Of a stretch of 64,000 bases of DNA, positions 53,071 to 64,000 are shown in pieces. This DNA is from Octopus sinensis (Eukaryota). Position numbers and translations under genes: made by a program. The stretch spans positions 107,818,001 to 107,882,000 of the forward strand of contig NC_043001.1 of assembly GCF_006345805.1 (NCBI RefSeq). The letters run 5' to 3'. The notes beneath the pieces are model-generated. The model searched no databases and had not been told where the DNA came from. It was given only the letters and a program-made list of their open reading frames with translations. The number at the start of each line of letters is the position of its first letter. The first letter of the stretch is position 1.

Positions 53071-53959
53071 TATATATAAAGAAAAAGAGAATGGATGGAG
53101 ATTGGTAAGTTAGTAATTGTTTATTATTAACAGTAAATTAACCATGTTCACTTACAGCCATTTCATTTAATACACAGTAAATACTAAGTGAATATCAAAT
53201 TTATATTTATATGTCCTGAGCATAATAGTGCTTGCTGTTTCCTTCTACCGAATTCACTCAAAAGGTGTTGCTTACAGCAGAAGACACTTCCCAAAGATAC
53301 TGCGCAGTGGGATTGAACCCCAAACCGCATGTTTGAAAGTGGAATTTTTTACCATAGATTCTTAAAATATGAAATATATTGGTTTCAAATTCGAGGTCAG
53401 CAATTTCGTGTCCGAGAGGAAGAAAGGCAAAATCGTAAAGCCAGACCAAATACCGCTAAGCATTCTTCCTGGCGTGTTTCCAACCAGCTCGCCGCCTTCC
53501 TGGTAACTAAAATGCATTAATATTCATTCCTGTACCTGTAGACACAATAAATATGGCGGACCTAACTTTCATGGTAGATTTAATATAACAGGATAGACTT
53601 AACTATGAATGACAGACTTAACTAGGTTTTGGATTTAATCAGACTTGTGAACTTTATCAGACGGAATCCTCCTTTCAAGCGTGGAATTTGTATAAGTGCT
53701 GTTAGTAAAATATTTCTACGTACATCAATGTGCTAAAGAAGCGTTCCCAAACTTCTTTCCAAGAAGCGAGTGATCTCACGCATAGCAATGTTCAATGAAG
53801 TCCATAATATATAATTTAATTATTACATATATAATACATATAATATGGATAAACTGTTACAGAAAATAAAAATCAAAGACTTGAAGCAGAGCATGATCTA
53901 CTACAGTCTACATTCCGGACATAGGGCCTAAAAATATTAATACATATATAATGCATTTC

Positions 53960-54153
53960 GACATGATAGATCGCTAGCCACTACACATTCTTTATTTTCT
54001 CTCCTTGTTTCTTTCTGTGTCCCTTTCTGTGGAAGAGCGTAGGCTCGAAACGTTAAAGACTTTTTCAATTCCCGAGCGTTATACTAATACATCTGTTTGT
54101 TGTCTACACCACCTGTCTTCGTCTTTTGTTTTTCTTTTTTTGTGAATTCTCCC
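53960..54153 (+). mobile_element. pLTR-like element with HHR-like motif at 54023-54058
   Basis: CTTT-CTGTGGA-A-GAGC(gtag)GCTC-GAA-ACGT-T-AAAG; ends in (TA)n. Confidence 0.65.
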
Positions 54154-54156
54154 TAT

Positions 54157-54235
<79 letters not shown>

Positions 54236-54323
54236 ACGTGTGTGTATATATATATACATATATATATATATATACTCATATATATATATACATATATATA
54301 TATATACACATATATATATATGC

Positions 54324-54390
<67 letters not shown>

Positions 54391-55108
54391 AGGCAAAACA
54401 CTCTGCGGACTGCGATAGTCAAAATAAAATAGAAATAAAGTTTTAAAATACATTTTGTTTATGGAAACCGTTATTTTGGGCACCTTATTCTAAAGAGTAA
54501 CCGCTGGTTCTCAATTTCCCTTCTTTCTCGTGTACATTTGTCAATGACGATGGATTTTGTGTCCTTTCTCCCACCTCAAAATTGTATGTTTCATTTTAGC
54601 AGATGACTCTGTTCTATTACAGAGTTTTTACCAACTGCCGCCGTCGTTATTCAACCTGGATAACCAAATACCATGTGATATTAATACTTAATTGATTTAC
54701 TTGTAAGAAATGTCTTTCTTATAAATCTACAGGACGGATCGATCACTGAATTCTTAAATATTTGTATAGTTTGTAAAGAAACTTAATGTTTTCGTATCCG
54801 TAGCCCTGCCGCCTAAAGCCCGTTAATTATCTTCCCTCGATATAGTACTGAACCAATTAATTATGCTCTAATTCAAATGACACTGATGTTGACATCATGT
54901 TTATCCATTCAGAATCGATAACTTAATATAACAGTGAATCACATGCATCTGTATCTACTGTAACCTCCAGAAAGCATGCAGCCTTGTGTGTACTTTGCAA
55001 ACTGAAATTTTATTCTCCGATCTTTACAGATATTTTTTATCTTTTCTGCTCATTTGATCAGAAAAATTAGATCAATAACGAATATCTTCAAATAGTGCCT
55101 TGCATATA

Positions 55109-55321
55109 TTGGTTTCAAATTTCAGCACAAGGCCAGCAATTTCGAGGGAAGGGGTTAAGTCAGTTACATCCACCCTAGCGTTCAACTGGTGTTTATTTTA
55201 TCGACTGCAAAAACATGAAAGGTAAAGTCGACGTCAGTGGAATTTGAACTCAGAACGTAAGGACGGGCGAAGTACCAAGCATTTTGACCCGGCCTGCTAA
55301 CCATTCTGCCAGCTCGCCGCC
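55109..55321 (-). mobile_element. tRNA-derived SINE
   Basis: Head, core and tail are recognisable. Confidence 0.8.
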
Positions 55322-55944
55322 TAAGCGCTTTGTATACATTAGTACTTAGTATTTAACTTATTAAAATGCTTAGAATACTATTTCAGGTTTATATTTTTAT
55401 CAAGTACCATTAGTTAATCTTTTACCATCTTTGGAACACAGTTTTCTGTTAGTGATTCTGAAACTTTTATTCAACAACGATTCTTTCTGTTTTATTTCCT
55501 TTTGTCACATTATCGAATTTTTCTTTGATAAGTCTCAAGATAGTCGGTAAAATTTGATTGTGGCGCCAATCAAATCATTTGCTTAAGTGCTCTATGACAG
55601 TTTGTCAATATATGAACCAGAATATAACACTTGCATCTGCAAATGCAAACACTCTTTTCTACTGGAATATTTCCATATTTCCCGTGCATTGATGTAGATG
55701 TAATTTCATTGAGAAACAAAATTTGTCTTTGCAGACCCAGTCGGGTTCGGTGACTGCCTTAACCTTCGTAACCGACATGATGATATCGTCGGAAAACGAA
55801 ATCTTCGTAACACACATGTAACACTTGCATGAGACTATTTCGTTGTTTCAGTTGCTCCATTAGTATTTTTAGCAATAGTCTGACGATTATCTCAAATTTG
55901 TTTCCTAAAATTAGAAACGACCTGTTAGTTTCAGACCGCAGACG

Positions 55945-56100
55945 CCGCTGTGCAGTGAAGAAGCTTATTTCCTAATCATGTGGTCTTGGGATCAATCCCG
56001 CGGTAAGACACCTTGAGCAATGGTCTTATGCTATTGCTGTGAGCCAACCAAAGCCTTTTAAATGGATTTGGTAAACCGAAGCTGAAGAAAACAGTCGTGT
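55945..56100 (+). mobile_element. Diverged SINE head and core
   Basis: Similar to the 43757-44217 family. Confidence 0.6.
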
Positions 56101-56593
56101 GTATATACCTAATTATATGTACACGTATGCATCATGACTGTATATATATGTAGGTATACGTTCGTATATGTAAGTATTGGTATGTTGTGCTTGTATGTAT
56201 ATGTATTTATGTTTCTCTTCTGTGTGTATTCTACTGACGAGGCAAAGCATTCATAAATGCAAAGTCAGAAATCCGGGATCTAGAATTATCCAATAATTTT
56301 TACTAGTTTCATCTTGTCTCTTTGTTTTCTCTCCGTGTTGATATATGGACACTTAAAGTGGTTTTAGAGTCAGATCATGGTTGCTATTTTCAGCATGGTG
56401 GTATCTTGTAGATACCCTAATTTATAATTTTAAATTTATAAATATATATATATACATACTGAGAGAAGGGGGTAGCTATACAGATAGATACATACATGCA
56501 CAGACACACAGACCGGCAGACAGACAGACGGACAGACAGACAGACAGACAAACAGACAAACAAACAGACAGACAGACAGGCAGGCAGACAGAG

Positions 56594-56669
<76 letters not shown>

Positions 56670-56929
56670 TGATAGAATATTTGTGTGTGTGTGTGGCAAG
56701 GCTTTAACAAGTAGAAGATCACTTGATCAGCTTAAGAAAGTAAAGAAAATATTATAATGAAATGCAGCTACCCAGAATTTTGTGGGTGAAACATTAATTC
56801 ATTTAGCCACTTGTCAAGCTGAGAGCAAGAACATTTGTCACTTGCTTTCAAAGCAGATGGCGTTTGAACAGGGAAATCTCATAAGGAAGAAGACTGAAAG
56901 AAGTAGCAATAAAAATACAGAAAAGAGCA

Positions 56930-57260
56930 ACGACGATGATGCGGTTTGTCTTCCAGTGTGTGAAACCTATATGAACAAACCCCTTCAAATAGCAAGGCGC
57001 CAAACCCCACCTGTAAACAACTGTCCTCGTTCCATCAATGAGTTATACCTCTGAGACAAGGAAAAAGACATCCAAACCTAAAGAACTGTAGATGTCTTGC
57101 AAAGAGGTTGCCATTACTAAAATTCTTTGCAGAGGGTTACATAACGAATAAATAAGCCATGGTAAAGGACGAGCTGAGAAGTCTATGGGATACTATCATT
57201 GTGAGCTGCAGAAGATTCTGGGCTACGTAATATGCATGCCCAAAAAACAAGCCACGCTTA
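56930..57260 (+). mobile_element. Possible RLE-type LINE (R4/Dong-like) C-terminal remnant
   Basis: NKPLQIARRQ...KEVAIT...DELRSLWDTIIV resembles the PD..D..E..K..LW endonuclease end. Confidence 0.25.
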
Positions 57261-58369
57261 AACCTCTCCAGAATGTAAGCAAGTGGTTGCATAGGAGGTT
57301 GCATACATATAAGGATCTGATTGAAAATTCTGGGCGAGGGCGTGATAGATATGATCCTGGTTTGGCAGCGGGTTCATAACAGGTCATACGACTGTGCCAC
57401 ACGGAGAACTCACTTCACTCAATGTTCAGAAGTAAGAGCAGCTAAGATCTATAGAAACATTTCCTTTTATTTCATTCGCTAATATTCTCCTTAATACAGT
57501 TCGTAATTATCCCAATTCTGTAGCAAAAGGAATAATAATGATGTGTTTCTTGAACGCAATTGCATTATTTAAACGAATATAAAACGGCCCGCTGTTGTTA
57601 CTTCACTACAATATTAGAATAAAGACAGATAGATATATTTTCTTCGGCACGACACTGTATTTCCCTGGACAAAATCCTGGTAAGAAGCTATTTTCTAGAG
57701 ATGTGTGAGCTGAGATTAAGTGCATATGTCCCAACAAGGGAAGAACTTACAACAGAGTTGCTCCAGTTCGTAACCTAAGATCTGTTAGTTCAATACTTTG
57801 GTTCACTCTACCACATTACTACCACACCATCTCATTTAATTATCTTTTTCAACACAAGCATTATTGTCCATCAAATAAACAATTTACACAAGCGAATATG
57901 TGTGTCTATTTCTATATGCTGATGTAAATAATAATTACATAGATTATTAAAATATACCATACTGACATTTCCAATCTGAAATCTTTACCAGCTTAAACAA
58001 TTTAGAAATAAAGATGCATTTAATTCGAATTGCACATATCTGCGCTATTGTTACATAGCTGCCGCATTTGTCTTGCATTCAGGTATACACTGCTTGAAGT
58101 ATCAATAGAAAACGAATGTCTTTCTCAGACATGAATTACTTGTATTCATTCTTTAAGTATAAACTTGGTAAAAGGCCAATTTTGGCAGGGACAGCATACA
58201 GACGGTCGATCGATTTCATTTCGGCCGGATTTAAACTGCAAGCCTGAAGAGAAGCGACTAAAGTTGCAAGGCGGGTAGAATGTTGTCTGATTTACCTGGG
58301 AAATATGCAGAAAATAAAATAAGCTTTACCTGAGTTTGTACGTGGTTTTATCTAATAGTGCATGCACGC

Positions 58370-58610
58370 GTGTATGTATGCATGTATGTATGTATGTATG
58401 TATGTATGTATGTATGTATGTATGTATGTATGTATGTATGTATGTATGCATGTATCAATGTATGTATGTATGTACATATGTATGTATGTATGTATGCATG
58501 CATGCATGTATGTATGTATGTATGTATGTATGTATGCATGCATGCATGATGTATGTATGTATGTATGTATGTATGTATGTATGTATGTATGTATGAATGC
58601 ATGTATGTGC
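58370..58610. repeat. (TATG)n microsatellite
   Basis: Directly visible. Confidence 0.95.
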
Positions 58611-58654
58611 GTATAAATTCCAATATATTCTTTTATATTTGTAGTTGTTTCACT

Positions 58655-58830
58655 CATTAGGCTGTGGCATTGCTGGGGCACCGCCTTAGCTGAACGAATC
58701 GCCCCCAGTACATTTTAAAAAACAAATCTGGTACTTATTCAACTGATCTCTTTTGCTGAAACCGTTAAGATACGGGGACGTAAACATACCAACACTGGCT
58801 GTCAATCGGTGGTGTGAAACAAGCACACGC
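58655..58830 (-). mobile_element. SINE 3' part
   Basis: Tail of the 43757 family. Confidence 0.6.
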
Positions 58831-58894
58831 GCAAAAAACATTATTCTTCTACATTTCTACTTCCGGTCCTTCAATATGTGACCTCGTGAGTACC

Positions 58895-59075
58895 GCTGGC
58901 GATTTTTTTCCTCTGTCTTCCCTTCTCGGGATCTTTCCTTCTCCTATGTTTCCGACGAAGAGCTCCGCTCGAAACGTTAAACCCTCCTTCTTCCCTGAGC
59001 GTCCAATAATACTTTATTTGTTCCACGTCCTCGCGTTGTTGTGTTTTTTTTTGTGTTTTCTTGTTTGGATTAACT
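58895..59075 (+). mobile_element. pLTR-like element copy 2 with HHR-like motif at 58948-58982
   Basis: The HHR motif is identical to 1029-1063. Confidence 0.7.
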
Positions 59076-59087
59076 ATATATATATAT

Positions 59088-59544
59088 ACTTTATTAAAAA
59101 GCAGCAAAAATATTACAAAAGCTGTTACTCAGAGTTTCACGTTTCGTTCGTCGGAAAGTTTTGTTTAGAACGGAACAAAAATAAGTTTATAAGCAAACAT
59201 ATACAATTAGTTTTATGGATATACATTTGAAAATGGTTTTGTTTCATTGGTCCTTTTAACTAACGATCTTTACAATGACCGGTTGCATGCAATGAACAAA
59301 TTTCGGTATAAAATCATCTTATTATAAAATCAAAGAAAACCTTAAATCAAAAATAGCTTATAAAGGAGAGAATCAAAGAACCCAGGGTAAATAATTATTT
59401 GTAGATTATTAATCAATTACGACATTAAAAGTTATATCCTTATTTCTGTTCCATTCGAAACAAAACTGTCCGACGAACGGGAACGTGAAACTCTGAGTAA
59501 CGAGTAACAGCTTTCGTGATATTTGTGTTGCTTTTCAATAAAGC
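59088..59544. mobile_element. Foldback element with ~100-bp inverted arms, each carrying an HHR-like motif
   Basis: Arms 59088-59190 and 59438-59544 are reverse complements. Consensus is CTGT-CCGACGA-ACG(ggaa)CGT-GAA-ACTCTGAGT-A-ACAG. Confidence 0.7.
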
Positions 59545-59613
59545 ATATTACTCTACACCTGGTATTCGAGTACTATTTTCTCCATCTTGTTTTTGCATTT
59601 ATGTGATTACTCT

Positions 59614-59652
<39 letters not shown>

Positions 59653-59658
59653 ATATAG

Positions 59659-59695
<37 letters not shown>

Positions 59696-59827
59696 TATAT
59701 ATATTATATAATATATATATTAATCAATATAGGGTGCAGAAAAACATTTTGTAGAATAGAATTCTTTTGCCACAGCGGCCTCCTCCTAGTGGGAAAAATT
59801 AAATAGTCATAGACCATTTAGTTCAAC

Positions 59828-60040
59828 ATCAACATCAAGGAACGGCCATGATAGGCCATTCACCCACTAGAAATAACGCCAAACTTCAACGCAAATAAAG
59901 ATTAATTCCGTAAACAGGAGAATTACAGGGTAAATGTTTTTTAAATTTCTCCTGTTTACGGAATAATCTTTTTTGCGGTTGAAGATTGCTGTTATTCTAG
60001 TGGGTGAATGGCCTATATGGCCCGTTCCTTGATTGTTGAT
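59828..60040. mobile_element. Foldback MITE-like element
   Basis: ~95-bp imperfect inverted arms (ATCAAC..TCAAGGAACG..GGCCATTCACCCACTAGA). No HHR seen. Confidence 0.75.
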
Positions 60041-60184
60041 ATATATATATATATATATATAATATATATATATTAATATATTATATGTATGTGTGTATGT
60101 GTATGTTATAATGTGTGGGTATGTGTGTGTGTATGTATGATGTATGTATGTATGTATGTATGGTATGTATGTATAAATTACACA

Positions 60185-60317
60185 TACGACGGGCTTCTTC
60201 CAGTTTCCGTCTACCAAATTCACTCACAAGGTCGGCCCGATGTTATAGTGGAAGACACTGAACCCGGGACCATGTGGTTGGTAAGCAAGCTACTTACCAC
60301 ACAGCCACTCCTGCACC
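60185..60317 (-). mobile_element. SINE head and core
   Basis: Family of 43757-44217. Confidence 0.8.
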
Positions 60318-60827
60318 TCATATATATATATAGCTGCTGTTATGTTAAACTGTCGTATGTCCGAATGCATTTTTTTTTCAATATTTAATTTTGCTTGCTG
60401 TAGCCGGTTCTCTTGGACAAACTGTCGTCTTTCCAGATGCTTCAGATGGCAATGTGGCAAAAATTGTCAAAGTGTAGTACAACGGATTATTTTCCAACAT
60501 TGTAGTAAGTCCTACATACAACAGTTTGGCAATAATATTTCTCACTGAAAATATTATACATGCATGGAGTTACGAATTTATGCACCCAACAAAGTAATAT
60601 TGTTAAATTAAAACTGTTGCTAACGTATATGGTATATGGAATTGTTGCTAAGAAATGGAATGGTGAAACTACTTTTGCGTTATAGACTTACGACACTTTT
60701 GCATAATAGCAACGATATATTTATATGTATGTATATATATATATATATATAAATATATAATATATATATATATATAATATATATATATATATATTATATA
60801 TATATATATATATACACTCACACCCAA

Positions 60828-60988
60828 GGGTCTTCTTTCAATTTCCGGCAACCAAATCCACTTACACGGGTTTAGTTGGCCCGAATCTATAGAAGAAGAC
60901 ACTTGCCCAGATGATATGCAGTGGGACTGAACCCAGACAACATGTGTTTAGGAAGCAAGCTTCTTATCACACGGCCACGCCTGCACCT
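60828..60988 (-). mobile_element. SINE head and core
   Basis: Family of 43757-44217. Confidence 0.75.
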
Positions 60989-61007
60989 AGGGTATATATA
61001 TAATATA

Positions 61008-61048
<41 letters not shown>

Positions 61049-61897
61049 ATCAATCATTTTATGTTTTTCAAAACACGCACACACACTCACACTCTTACAC
61101 ACAAATTCACACAATATACATACATACATACATACATACATGCATACATACATATGCGTGGGGGGATGGATGGATGGATGGATGTTTTTTTGCATACTCT
61201 TATAGACACAGACAGGCATAAACATTCGTAGTCCGTTTTCAATTATGTTGCCAGTCCCATGCCGATCCAGGTAGCTTGACTAAGATTCATGGCCGGCATC
61301 CAATCTCGCGGTGACACCGAGAAGCAGTTGTTTTACCTGGTTGAAATGTCCTGACCTGTACATGAGAGTTGATCGTAGAATTCGTTCTTTCTGCCTTGTG
61401 TAGAGTGACGTTTAGATATATATACACAGTAACAAGCCCATCGGAAGTATGGAATCGAAGAGGGAAGATGCGTTCGATCCTCTCTCCCTGCGCTCCATCA
61501 TATGTAGTAGTGTGTTTCTCCCAGCAGAGCCAACACCATGGCTTCATCTAAGACTCTTTCCCTGCCTGAATAATATATAATAGCTTTTGCGTTCAGTTCT
61601 TCATTCTGCATGACGTGTTTCTTGTAGCGTTACGATGTTCACTTGAAATTTTAACTCTTGCTTATTAATTGTCGAAGTTTATCGCGTGTCGCTGATCTTC
61701 AGGACATAATCTGATAATCCCAGGATTATAGTCAGTACGTTCGAGCATTCTAATCCAATGTGAGTAGTGGATTCTTTTGTCTTTTTGTTATGCTTGATAC
61801 AATGTAAACCAACCGTGATTCGGGACACTTGCATCCCTAAGCCTTATACACCCAGTTAAGCGGGGTACTGAGTCGGGACGGCACCTGATTGGCAAGG

Positions 61898-61974
<77 letters not shown>

Positions 61975-62231
61975 TCAGACAGACAGGCAAGCAGACAGAC
62001 AGAGAGCAAACAGACGGACGGACGGATAGATGGACGGACGGACGGACGGTCGGAGTGATGGATTGATGAATGAAGGGATAAAACCGATTATATAATAAAG
62101 GATATCTTTTAATGACTAAAATTTACTTACGGAGTTTATTGTGTGTCATTATTAAGTGTTAAGCGCAAGTATATAACGAATAGAAATTATGTGTCAAACC
62201 TATCAAAGACAGACAGACAGACAGACAGACA

Positions 62232-62747
62232 GATCAAAAGGGATCGTGTATCACAGAAAGAAATTTTTAAAAAGTAAGAAACAAGCTTATGTTTATCCGT
62301 GGAAAGAAAGGCCTACGGAAAAAACCACGGTAACCTCAAGTAGGGAGGAAATAAACACATGAGAGCAAAGTGCTCTCTCTTTCTTTCTCTCTCTCTCTTT
62401 ACGATTTATAAGATCATGTTCAAAGTGGTTTCGTCACTCGCACGCACCATCTTTGCTACATTCACCCACCTTTTTTTAAACTTTCACGAGATAAAACCGC
62501 CTCTCCATTCTCACCTTCCTTTTCACGTGGTACTTGAAAAAGTTGATGAGCGATTGGCCAGAAAGGTAACTGTTTGTCTCTAATCATTTCGCACGGGTCC
62601 ACCACACACATTCTTTTACCATGGCCATCAGTACGATGAAGACTGCCTTGCCTTCCCGGTTGAGTGAAGGTGGCGGAGCAAATATCACGATAGACTCGGC
62701 CGACAGGCGGACTCGTCTCACACGTGACAGCAGCCGTTCGTCATAAG
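62232..62747 (-). mobile_element. Tx1-clade LINE fragment, copy D
   Basis: RVRRVRLSAESIV..AMVKECVWWTRAK, closest to copy B. Lies between (GACA)n and (GATA)n. Confidence 0.85.
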
Positions 62748-62776
62748 TCGAACAGCTGGATAGATAGATAGGTAGG

Positions 62777-62876
<100 letters not shown>

Positions 62877-63792
62877 GGGACGGACAGACAGAGACAGACA
62901 TACTTAAAGGAGAATCGGGATTAATCGTGATTTCCAGAAAGAGAAATCGACCGGCTAATTCGTACATTACAAGTGCAATCTGTGAGTAGAACAATAAAAA
63001 ATATGCAAGACTTTTCTCAAGTTCCAAATGTGAATTTGTGTGAGTTAACTACATCCCAAAGATGGAGCCTTTTATATTTGTTGAAAACCGGCTCCCTCCT
63101 CAGTGAAAGATTTATTATAATTAAAAAATAGAAGAGACATACATACAACAAAAGTGTCTGAAGCATGTATGTGTATGTGTATGTGTGTGTGTGTTTTTGT
63201 ATATGTGCATGTATATTGCTGTATAACTATGTGCGAATGGTTGTATCAAAGAATAAATACAAGTATTTCGTTATGCTTAGTTTTTACACAAATGCGTGAT
63301 TTTTAACGTACCAGTGGAACTTTACTGAGCTGTCATTTAAAACAAACACGTTATCGACCGACTGTTCATCGAAGCAATGTTAGGTTATTCCTACAACTAG
63401 AATGGATTATCCAACAAGATGGATTTTGACAGCAAACCGAAGAGGAAGATCACATAACACACTGGAATGCATCTGATTTAGATAATTCTGTATAAGAATG
63501 TATATATATATGGTAATCTGAACTGATTTTCTTAGATGATGTAAGTACATAGGAAACATTATTTTTTCTAATGATATTCGCTCTTAGGTAATAAATACAC
63601 ATACATGTTGCGTGTTCAGGAAAGTTAACTACAGCACAGGTTGCTACGGGAGGTTTACGCAGTACATGCAGATAAACCAGAAGTTGTTGACGTGGAATGT
63701 TATGACGCAAGATTGATTTTTATAGAAGTTGATGAAACAATTGTAAAATAATAAATGTTATTAACTAATTCCATTCTTTGCTATTATTTTAT

Positions 63793-63829
<37 letters not shown>

Positions 63830-64000
63830 TGTGCGGCTTAGTGGTTAGAGTATTCGGCATACGATCGTATGGTTCTGAGTTTGATTCACCACGGCGCGTT
63901 GGGCTCTTGAGAGAGAGAGAGAGCGTCATTTCACTTTCCTCGAGTCCACTCAGCTCCTCACAAAATTGACTTGTACCTATAAAGGCCAACCATGTCACAC

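Noticed and set aside
63580-63720. Possible exon near the window end
   Set aside because: Splice signals are weak, alternative frames contain stops, and no homology was recognised.

Overview
AT-rich, microsatellite-dense animal DNA, intergenic or intronic. The SINE families, LINE clades and repeat content suggest an octopus/coleoid cephalopod genome (inference). No intact host gene is supportable; there is only one weak candidate exon at 2836-2944 (-). The window is a mosaic of decayed mobile elements: a near full-length Tx1/L1-clade LINE with 5'-truncated relatives stacked head-to-tail in (GATA)n arrays, two CR1-clade LINE copies, RTE, mariner and Helitron remnants, Penelope-like (PLE) ORF fragments, many tRNA-derived SINEs and foldback elements. 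The main unexplained signal is a set of minimal type I hammerhead ribozyme (HHR) motifs, found by eye in several unrelated non-coding repeat families. The clearest case is a ~362-bp tandem plus inverted array (23259-24651). Its HHR has a covarying U3-A8 core, a palindromic stem III and a long rod-like stem I, which resembles a retrozyme or PLE pLTR. Three further unrelated foldback elements also carry outward-pointing HHR motifs. All folds were derived manually and no database searches were run.
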